Below are positions 48,293 through 57,632 of a stretch of 57,632 nt of DNA, in pieces. The DNA comes from Tubiluchus corallicola (Eukaryota; Animalia; Priapulida). Every line of letters begins with the position of its first letter. The stretch's first letter is position 1. The stretch is from positions 1 to 57,632 of the forward strand of contig JAQGDQ010001170.1 in NCBI GenBank assembly GCA_030141605.1, in the 5' to 3' direction. The notes below the pieces were generated by a model that did no database searches, had not been told where the DNA came from, and was given only the letters and a program-made list of their open reading frames with translations. Both the position numbers and the translations under genes were made by a program.

Positions 48293-48816
48293 CAGTGGTC
48301 TTCAATCTTTTTTAATGTCGTCCAACCCTAGTGGTGATTAAGTAGAAGCTGTCCACCCCCCACCCCGAAAACGTCTCATTAAAAATCTCACGTTTTTAAT
48401 ATTTAAAATCTACGTTTCATATCTCATTTCTACGACTATGTAAACAGAAAAAGCAGTTATTTTTTATTCAATTTTTACATATGCATCCATATATTTACAC
48501 ACCTCATCTCAAACTAAGAGGCTCAACATACACAAGATAACATTAAGCATGCCATTCCCTTGCGTGGTTGTACTATCAGGTTCTTGCGAGTAGGCGAGGT
48601 GGCAACCGCGATGTTACAATAGGTAAATATTTGTAGTATGTATTTTAAGAAATATAGGAGAGAGAGAGAGAGAGAAAGAGAGTCTCTTGTATATTATACA
48701 GAGACGTGCAGGTGAGGATGTCGTCCACCCAGTAGTCCACCCCTAGACAGCTGTCCACCCCTCACTTAATCTCGTCCACTATAAGGTGGACTGTCCACCC
48801 AGGTTGAATAGCACTG
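48293..48816. mobile_element. hAT (Charlie-like) MITE
   Basis: CAGTGGTCTTCAA ... TTGAATAGCACTG termini, 8-bp flanks GCCTACAC / GACTAGAC, and subterminal GTCCACCC repeats. Confidence 0.7.
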
Positions 48817-48870
48817 GACTAGACCATTCACACTTTGGGAAAAACTGCTAAAAGCTTATCCCATACTTAC

Positions 48871-49020
48871 TTGCGCTTAAGTACATCGCTAGGAACTGCT
48901 CTCTTCCGAGAATGGCGACGGCGCTACTGGAAAATGTCCACAGCACGTACATGTTAGCAGCCAGATGCCAGAACGAGTAATGACTGAAAGAGGAGAAGAT
49001 CATCGGCAGACATATTTGTT
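48871..49020 (-). CDS. PARL: PARL exon (150 nt)
   Basis: TAG|(K)QICLPMIFSSFSHYSFWHLAANMYVLWTFSSSAVAILGREQFLAMYLSA|GTAAGT; contains the rhomboid H-x-x-x-N motif. Confidence 0.95.
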
Positions 49021-49474
49021 CTAAAAGGAAAAGAAAAAATGTTGTAAATGACTGAACGAAAGTAATAAATATATATAATGAATATTATAGTTGTGCGCAT
49101 GAACAAAGGTTAAGTGTACTACAGCAACGCGACTTAACTACAACCATCGTGTGACATGTGGGTAAGGCAAAGCTGTCTGCCACATCAGTTCAGTAGCTCC
49201 AGTTCTTTTACGTAATTACGCATTAGTTCTGTGTGTGGAGTGATTTACCAGCAGGATCTTGTTTGGGAACAAGAAAAAATGAATTAGGTAAGGTTCTAGC
49301 TACTTAAAACTGTTACTATTACAGTAGCATGGGCTGCGAGACGTTGTCAAATGCTCAAACTGTGAAAAGTCTTATTCATGTTGATAATATTATACGTCAT
49401 TATATATTACACTATCAATTTTTGAATGTAGTTTACAGTTCATCGATGTGTAATTTTAACAGCAATAAAGAAAT

Positions 49475-49516
<42 letters not shown>

Positions 49517-49794
49517 TCGTTAAATTTGTTGTGGTGTTTTATCGGTTTTTTCTCCTCAGCAAGATCATATAAGCAACAAAGACAGATGCAATAAAAACGG
49601 AAAGATACTTTTGTCTATAACGCAAGTTTGCAGTAACTAAATTTCGGACATCTAGTAAACATGGCTTAAGAAGTCAGAGCAGAACTGAGACAAAATTCAC
49701 AAACTAACAATCAAACAGTCGTTGACTTGCGACCGCAATCGATTCTGGGCCGATTGGTCAGAAGGCGAAACAAGTCAGAGCCACATATTCAAAT

Positions 49795-49968
49795 GGTGTG
49801 CACCTGCGCATAGAACGCGGTGTGCACCTGTGCATAGAACACGGTGTGCACCTGCGCATAGAACGCGGTGTGCACCTGTGCATAGAACGCGGTGTGCACC
49901 TGTGCATAGAACGCGGTGTGCACCTGCGTATAGAACACTGTGTGCATACACAGGCATAAGTGCACCTA
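49795..49968. repeat. 24-bp minisatellite, ~6-7 copies
   Basis: Unit GGTGTGCACCTGYGCATAGAACRC. Confidence 0.9.
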
Positions 49969-50300
49969 CGATGAACTGATGTAAGGGTCACAGGTCGTAA
50001 GTTGATGACTACCTGCACTTCAAATGACGTTTGACACAATTGTAACTTTCTACTGCCCTTGCACCGCACATTTTCTACCCAATCGGACAAAACAAACACT
50101 CTCGGGGTTTCCACGGAATTTTAAAATAAATTTCTCCGACTGACAAAATACTGACTTTCCATGACCAAGATAAGCAGAAATTGCATTACCAGTATACATA
50201 GTCAAACATTGCGTTGTATGGACATTCATACATATACTGAATATATATAATGTGTCGACACAGTTGCACTAGTGCTAACGAAATTACACTAATGATATTA

Positions 50301-50738
50301 CCGTATTTTCCCGTGTATAAGAGACCCCTTCAATTTTTAGGCAAAAATTCTGGAAAAAAGTTTTTTCAGACGGACATTTTTAGAGGGTAAAGTACAACTT
50401 TTTTCAACTCAGTGCGGTACTGAAAACAAAATAAAACCAGTTAATGTGTTGTAGAAAAAGAGTACTGGTATATATTAAAGTGCGTACCTGCAAACCTGTA
50501 ACAGGAAAAGAGAAAACGAGGAGATAATGCCTGTGTCACGATGCTTGTATTGCTTACAACCGCTTCATAGTCGAACGCGACACGCAAAACAGTTGTAGAG
50601 CACTTATTTCTTTAAAATCATTAGTGTCACAATTTATGCATCTTATTGAAAAGACTTACTCCCATGTATAAGAGACCCCCTATTTTTAAAGTGAAAATTC
50701 TGAGCAAAAAAGGGTCTCTTATACACGGGAAAATACGG
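50301..50738 (+). mobile_element. Tc1/mariner (Tc2/pogo-like) MITE, copy 2
   Basis: TA|CCGTATTTTCCCGTGTATAAGAGACCC ... GGGTCTCTTATACACGGGAAAATACGG|TA, a perfect 27-bp TIR. It appears nested in an older hAT-like element (~50103-50994). Confidence 0.9.
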
Positions 50739-51076
50739 TAAATAAACTTCCTTAACCCAATCATTATTTTTGAAACAGAAATCGAAACTGGGAGCCTGCC
50801 ATAGCTAAATTTTATTTGAACACGAAGCGCTGAAAAATAAGTTTCAAAAAACATCGGTTCCCGGCGATTATTTTTGTAAACCCTTTCCAATTTCCCTGAC
50901 TTTTTTCGCCTCATTTTCAACATTTTCCCTGATTTTTCCATAAGTTTCCAGGATGGCCTATTTTCAACGATTTTCCCAGACCATGGAAGCACTGACATTA
51001 GTTTATCTAGCTATGCCAAATACGAAAATTTAACGTTAAAAATCAAAGCTTCGGTACCCCATGCAATACACCTTAC

Positions 51077-51221
51077 TAGATGCGGGATTAGAACAGAACC
51101 ATTTCACCATGGCTGGCTGCAGTCCGGGCACGCGCCACGCCCAAAACACGAGAGCATTCAATCCAATAATCCCTGTAACCACCTTCTGCCCTTCCGAGAG
51201 ACTTCGCCAGTATTGATTGAC
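51077..51221 (-). CDS. PARL: PARL exon (145 nt)
   Basis: CAG|VNQYWRSLSEGQKVVTGIIGLNALVFWAWRVPGLQPAMVKWFCSNPAS|GTAAGG. Confidence 0.95.
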
Positions 51222-51739
51222 CTGTGCATTCAATTCAATACAATTTATTTATTAACTCCGCAAGAATGATCAAAATACAGTATTAGGAATACATGCAATA
51301 TGTTTGAAGCAAAGGAGAAGGGCAGCAAAGAACCCGTAGATTATCTGGTCAGCCATCGTTAAATAGCTAGGATTAAATAAAATTAATTTTGGCACCGTTC
51401 TCGATTTAAATTTGAATTCTGTCGACGTGCGTAATTGGCAATTAAATGATGGGAAACGCAATACTGTAGAACGTTATAATTTAAATAACCAAAAATTAAC
51501 AATTCTAAAATACTGTGAATATGCAAAGCAAACAAAATAAAAATAACTTAAGATTTTTAACATAACAGAAAATGCATAATGTGAGCATTAACTAAAAAAT
51601 CCGACAAAAAACAAAAAAAAAACAGTAGAATGATCAACCAAGGATGTTCATAAAAAGAATATAATAAATTAAACCAAGGAAAAATAAGGTAAATATAAAT
51701 CACACAAAACAAGACAAAAAAACAGAAGCAAATAATTTA

Positions 51740-52016
51740 CCAGATGGCTTAGTCTAGTGGTAATGTGAATGCTTTCCGACTGGGAGGTCGTGAGTTCGAA
51801 CCAGCGACCGGGTCATACCAAAGACTTTAAAAATGGTACCTGCTGTTGCCCTGCCTGACGCGTGGTATTTAGGGTAAAAGTGGGGTAATAATAGTCTCTT
51901 AGTCTCTGTTATGTAGGTGTAGGTTGTTATTTACAGTCGGCGATAATAGCTCTTTGAGCTAATGTTAATTGTTGACCCAAAAGCCGATTTTAAATAAAGA
52001 TTATTATTATTATTAC

Positions 52017-52070
<54 letters not shown>
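51740..52070 (+). mobile_element. tRNA-headed SINE with Meta/MESC-like central domain and (ATT)n tail
   Basis: A box TAGTCTAGTGG and B box GTTCGAACC, then GGGTCATACCAAAGACTTTAAAAATGGTACCTGCTG, ending AATAAAG(ATT)n. Confidence 0.7.
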
Positions 52071-52071
<1 letters not shown>

Positions 52072-52365
52072 GAAAAAACCGCATTAAGATTAGATAATGT
52101 AACACAGTAATATAATGTATCAAAGCATTGAAGTTTATCAACTAATGGGCTTAGCTTTAGGTTAGGTAGAGTTACATTAAAGACTATTAGAGTTGACCTT
52201 TGATAGGAAACGTGGTACTCTACAAGCTTAGCAAGGTCGAGTTTATTAAAAGAAAGGTCAAGCCTTCTAGGAGGTTAGGCTTATTTCAATGTTAGCTAAA
52301 ATGTTAGAAGGATTTAGAAATAAAACTGCAATAAGCGCCTCGTGTAACGAGTAAAATCACTTTAA

Positions 52366-52823
52366 CCATTTCATACCCGTTGTATCCCGTCGGATACGAG
52401 AATATTTTCTGCTTTAAATTTAATAAAATTATAAAACTGACAGTTATTTGATCTGTTATTAGTTATTTTGATTTAAGCCAATAACAATAGACTAAAATGG
52501 TGATAAAATTGCAAATTAGAAAATCTACATAGCATAAAAAACTGCTCAAGGTACAGTACTTTAGAGATGACTTTGTACAGATCAGCATAGCATGCATACT
52601 AAATGTCATAAATACTTTAAAAAATTATCAGCAGTTGCAAAATGAAGCACATTTTATGCTTCCATTGAATCCCGATTAATCCCGTGAGATACAGGCTATA
52701 TTTAGCACGCGGACACAGGTAGAAAAAAATAATTATTATGTGTAAACAAGATGCACATACTGAACAAAAGTACCAAGCCAAAAAATTTTTTCTTATTAAA
52801 AAAATAATTTGTGACTGAAAGGG
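52366..52823. mobile_element. piggyBac-like MITE nested in a TTAA-type element
   Basis: TTAA|CCATTTCA ... TGAAAGGG|TTAA. It interrupts an element starting at ~52250 that is contiguous in its homolog at ~17990-18153. Confidence 0.7.
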
Positions 52824-53326
52824 TTAAAATCGCGACCACTTTAAAATGCTTAGGTGCTCCCATTTTCAATACTCATTGTTCTTTCAATGACGTCATTCGT
52901 TTTGAAGAAAAGTAGCGCACTGCTAACTAATCTTCATCAAAAGTATAACAAATTTTTACAAAAGAATTAGATAGCCAATTTTGCAATACTTTTGCGTGAA
53001 CTTTAGGCAAATTGCAGAAATTAGAATTAATTTAAGCAGCGTGCGCTCACGGAAAACCACGATGCGCTTTCGAAATGTCAAAAAGTCCCCCAGTTATGTT
53101 ATAATTATCAAACGAATGGCGGCAGCCGCCACGCCTGAAGATTTCTATTCAGTGGTAGTTGTTTTTATAGTTTTTTGCACATATCTTTGTTATATTCTTC
53201 TAAGTTCAAGCGATAAAGTAACATACTGAATAACTTGTTCTGATCTTTAATGTAATGTTTCATTGTTGTCGTATCTTCTTTCACATGTACTGCTATATTT
53301 TAATGTATAACTTGTAATGACACGTA

Positions 53327-53909
53327 TAGTGTTCCATTCCAGGCCCACCCGCGATAGGTGAATTTCCGCAAAGTAGGGACGCTATACTTATTTTAGTAGT
53401 TATAAATTATTTTAAGTCTTTATAAACCCTCCCCACACTCTTATACATAACCCATACTGTACATGCACCTTTTAAAAAACTTTACTTAAATGTTCATTGC
53501 ACAGTACCTGAGCCAATCAGCGACTGGGATACCAATCGTGTGTTGTGTACAATCTCACGTCGGCAAGTAGCAGCTCAAGCGGGCGCAAGTACTACATTTC
53601 GTTTTTGGTGTGTATTCATTCGCCGCATAAATACACTATTTACTGTAAATGGTAATTTTTTATGATTTATAATATTCTTTTAATGTTAGAATTAATACTT
53701 TTAATATTTTTATACATTTTGAGATTTTTTTATGCAAAATTCATCAAATCTATACATTACTGTACAATACGTACTACGCATGTGCAAAAATACTTTAGAC
53801 AGAGTACCGCACAAACCCACGAAACAGCGAAAATACCGCGATAAATATTTTACATTAATATTTTTGAAAACCCGCGATAAACAAACCGCGAAGTAGCGAG
53901 GGAACACTG
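53327..53909. mobile_element. Tigger/pogo-like MITE (left TIR decayed)
   Basis: TA|TAGTGTTCC ... GCGAGGGAACACTG|TA, with subterminal CCGCGA repeats. Confidence 0.65.
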
Positions 53910-54615
53910 TACATGCGTAGCGTAGCTAGTATGTCTGGAGCGGCCCGTACTAGACGTTGAAACAATTAGGCATTCGTTTCTACATTACCACAACTCTAAT
54001 AGATGGTGCCTACTGTATTTGTGGAAATTGTAATCGTATATTTTTTAGGTGCTGCCATCTATGAACTAATCCTTTTACATTTTACTAGCTAAACTCACCC
54101 CCAGTATAATTGTACGGTCCAGTGAATATGCATTCAGTAATTTTACAGTAATGGTTTTTGTGAAGCCAAGTTTGCATAATCACCTATACCTATATATACT
54201 GACTGGATTTACTTTCTAGTCACTGTCTAACTCTCAGTGTTCAGTGCAGGACACTCTTGTTCTCAGTGCAGCAGTCATTCTACATGTGTGTATGTAGTCT
54301 AATAAATACTTTTCAGTTTTGTGCAAATATGTAGTATAGTTGTTTATTCTTGTTCTACAAAGTGAGTTATCTACAACTTCAAACATGACTTTCACAGTAT
54401 TAGCTTAGTATCGGGAAATATAGACAAATTCGGACCGACGTCTCTCCGCTTTTGCCGCGAATCGAGATGTGAGTATAGGTGTAAACAATGCCTATTATTG
54501 GTTTAGGTAGTTAAGTTACAATTGATGATCAGAGTTCTGATCCAGACTACTTTTGATTGGTTCACTTTAACAAAATAAGTTGATTTAGGCCAGTCGTCGC
54601 GCTGACGGGAAGTAC

Positions 54616-54756
54616 CTTCTGTCGAAACGATCCATACTTGCGACTCGGACTGAGATCGGTGTAAATATCCTGGGCAGATTGGATGAATTGGAACGCTTTT
54701 GAACGCATCGTCTCATACTGCCAGATGGCACAGCAACTAAAACTGCAGATGGAAAC
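54616..54756 (-). CDS. PARL: PARL exon (141 nt)
   Basis: TTTAG|VSICSFSCCAIWQYETMRSKAFQFIQSAQDIYTDLSPSRKYGSFRQK|GTACTT; contains the AIWQYE motif. Confidence 0.92.
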
Positions 54757-54942
54757 CTAAAGTCAATAAAATGAGCTCTATTCATTCGGTATGCAGTTAA
54801 ATAAGTTAAATTTTGTTTTATTCTAGATATTTTTAACTAGACTATACGAAATGAAAAAGCTAGTAGCATTATTCAAAATAACAGGACAGCTGGAAAGGTT
54901 CAGAAAATTAACAGAGAAGCTATAGCTGAGTGCTTTCCTTAA

Positions 54943-56128
54943 AGGAAAACGGGACGATTTTTCATGTCTTACCCCATTTTGAAATGCAATAAAAGGAATA
55001 TATACGTTAATAATGCCAAAGTGTTACTGAAAATTAATTAAGGTTAATAATTTAACGGCCAGTAAACACAGATGGTAACAAAGTCATAATTTTCCACAGC
55101 ACAAATATTCCACACGCATCTTGCGCACGTTTGCTACAGCAAACATTGAAACGCAGCGCTACTGTACAACATTCAGGTTAAACGAACAAAAACTCTGCAA
55201 ATTTTAAAGCAAAACTGGACCCAATATTAGACTGCAGGTCAAAACAATCTACTCTTTAAAACATTGAAAGGAAATATACTTTTTTCCAAAAATGACTTAC
55301 GTGAAAGAATTATTACCACTCAAACACAATTTCGCGTTCGTGCCAGTAGTTCTTCACCGTTACATGCATTTCGCCGTTCGCTAGTTAGATGGGCACTAGT
55401 GCCTGCATTTCCGAAATGTATTGCGCGAAAAACAGGTGCTGTACCTCTCAGTTCAGATGTGTTTCTGACGAACTGCACTCGTTTCACAGCTCATAACGAT
55501 AAATATGAAATTTGAATTTTTATCTTAAAGCTTGCCTATTTTTAGTACAAAACACTGAATATCTTACAGTAGTGCTGTACTTCAATATTCGCTATCGCAA
55601 ACGGGTGCAACATGCTCGTGAAATATTTTTGTTGTTGAAAATTATGTTAGTTTGTGATGTCATCAATAGTTGGGCTTGCCTGCCATTAATTAAGTTTTTA
55701 ATCTCTTATTTAATTATCAGAAACGCTTCTGCAGCATTAATTGTATTAAAATGTATACTTTTCATTGTACTTGAAAATGGGGTAGTATATGAAAAATCAT
55801 CCTGTCTTCCTTTAAGTTTAAAATTCAAATTTCAAGCTAACCATCTGTGCTCACATATGAGCTCTCAAACGTATGCACTAGGTCACAACTGAACACCTCT
55901 GAACTGAGAGGTACAGCACCTGTTTAGACAACACATTTCCTAGGTGCATGCGCTAGTGTCCGTTTAACTAGTGAATGGTGAACTGCACGTAATAGTGAAG
56001 AATCGGCCGCGCGAACGCAAAATTACGTTTCAGTGGTAACAATTCAGTTCTTGTTGGAAAAATACTGTTTCTTTTCAAAATTTTCAAATAATTTTGAGCC
56101 ACAATGTAAGACTGGGTTTGGTTATCCT
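54943..56128 (+). mobile_element. TTAA-flanked family-B-related element with nested insertion
   Basis: TTAA|AGGAAAACGGGACGATTTTTC ... GGTTTGGTTATCCT|TTAA, split by 55208-55811. Confidence 0.7.
55208..55811 (-). mobile_element. Family B element nested in the opposite orientation
   Basis: TTAA|AGCAAAACTGG ... AAAATCATCCTGTCTTCCT|TTAA; reverse complement of 40192-40809. Confidence 0.82.
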
Positions 56129-56148
56129 TTAAAGAAATACATACTTAC

Positions 56149-56243
56149 TCCTAACGTAAAAAAGAAAGGTCTAACCAGTTTACGAAACGACATCTCTCCT
56201 TCGACGGCCTCGAAGCCAGGTGCCAGTTCAATTCTTCCTCTTC
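56149..56243 (-). CDS. PARL: PARL exon (95 nt), most 5' exon found in the window
   Basis: TTTATTTAG|xRGRIELAPGFEAVEGEMSFRKLVRPFFFTLG|GTAAGT. The end resembles PARL LIKPLFFTVG and joins the next exon in phase 0. Confidence 0.85.
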
Positions 56244-57632
56244 CTAAATAAAATTAGCAAAGAAATGCAACCAGCAAATAGCAGAAATACCTTACCTAGT
56301 AAACAACATAAAAACTAACTGTTCAAACTTACTCATGCAGTTTATTCTTAAACATTTTTAAAGGCGTTGGAGCTCAAACATGCCAAAAACATAAATTGGG
56401 CAACCTCGAGTAAATCATGGAAACTACCATAAAAAGCTCACACTTTCATATTGCCTCATACGGCTGGTACCGTTCAGTCGAGCAAGCACTTTATTGTTTA
56501 TTTATTTCACTTCAACACAAATACACAATTAATACATTAAAAGAAACAAAAAGTTATCAATAATTCAATGAATAACAAACAGTAAGATACATAATAGGAA
56601 GCAAATTTTGGAAAAAATGATTTAAACTGTCTTTAGACGTAGGTCAACCTATGGTAAACAAAGATAGTGATATCGCTACTTCCTTTAATACTGGTGTCTA
56701 AACAACGTTATGTACAGCATCATTAGAAATATACTAACTTGACTCTCAAAACACTGTGGGGTTGAAAGATAAACAAGAGAATTATCGCTATTATATGTTA
56801 CTTAGTAAATTCGTATACAGTTTACTTTGAGCACATAACTAGTTTAGATATACCATAATTTAGGTTTGCTATATATACAAATGTAAATGTGTTGCGGGCA
56901 ATCAAAAAGCAGGGCTTGTTAGATTGTCCCACATTGTGAAAAAAAAAGTAATGAAAATAATTAACAGTTTGTGAAATTCTATGTAGCATGTAAAAATAGT
57001 AGTAACTCGACAATTAACTTTATAGCCAAACATACGTTGTATGACGTAAACTCAGTAATGGGTTTCAACTTGTATAAAATTGTTATAGAAAATAATGTTA
57101 CTGTAGAAGATGCATTTAGATATTTTCATGTATTGTCTTGTAAAAGGATGCGAGTTAAGTTCCAATCAGCTAGCGTAAAGGTACTTAGCAGAAGATTGTA
57201 TAAATTGTATCGAAAACAGGAATTTTAATTTTTTATCAAGGTATCGATTGAGAGAAATGTTAGAATATGTAGGTCTTTTTCAATTAATTGCTTTGTCTTC
57301 TTGTATGTAAATAATATCTGTGCTTGTTTTGTTGTTGTTGTTGTTGTTGTTGTCAGTGTTTAACATTTATTTATTTATTATTTATTTTTTATTTATTTAT
57401 TTATTAAATATATCCACAACGATCATTACAGCATTGTACATAAAAGTATTTAATAATATATTTTTTTATTATGTGCACAAGATGCCAAGCCGCAAATGAC
57501 CCGTGGGGTACTCAAGAAGTAATTACTTATTCAGAGCACCCCAAATGAATGTGGATTGAGTGTAGTAGAAAAGAGCAGTAAAGGAGTAGAAGGAAAGGTT
57601 AATAGAGAATAGAAAGAAGGAGAAAGATGTGG

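Noticed and set aside
54585-54785. 66-aa ORF from the track
   Set aside because: It is the wrong frame; the real coding sequence is the PARL exon 54616-54756.
1007-56243. cGLR + ion channel + membrane protease as a CBASS-like functional cluster
   Set aside because: The genes are 7-32 kb apart in a eukaryotic genome. Kir and PARL are ordinary conserved genes without cyclic-nucleotide-sensing domains, so nothing beyond proximity links them.

Overview
AT-rich, repeat-dense genomic DNA from an invertebrate animal. It has spliceosomal GT-AG introns, microsatellites, SINEs and MITEs, and the SINE repertoire tentatively suggests a lophotrochozoan. Three protein-coding genes are supported. (1) An intronless ~815-aa gene at 1007-3454 (+) fuses about 8 ankyrin repeats to a cGAS/Mab-21-like nucleotidyltransferase (cGLR) whose GS and E-x-D...D catalytic motifs are intact; this is the most notable item. 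(2) An inward-rectifier K+ channel (Kir) with a single coding exon lies at 35364-36839 (+). (3) Eight exons of the mitochondrial rhomboid protease PARL lie on the - strand at 43827-56243, and its first coding exon was not found in the window. The rest is mostly non-autonomous DNA transposons: TTAA-flanked Kolobok/T2-like, Tc2/Tigger-like, hAT, piggyBac and Harbinger-like. There are also LINE remnants, a 5S-rRNA-headed RTE-tailed SINE with a target-site duplication, a tRNA-headed SINE, and about ten distinct minisatellite arrays, some amplified from inside MITEs. Family assignments come from motif recall and manual alignment, not database searches.
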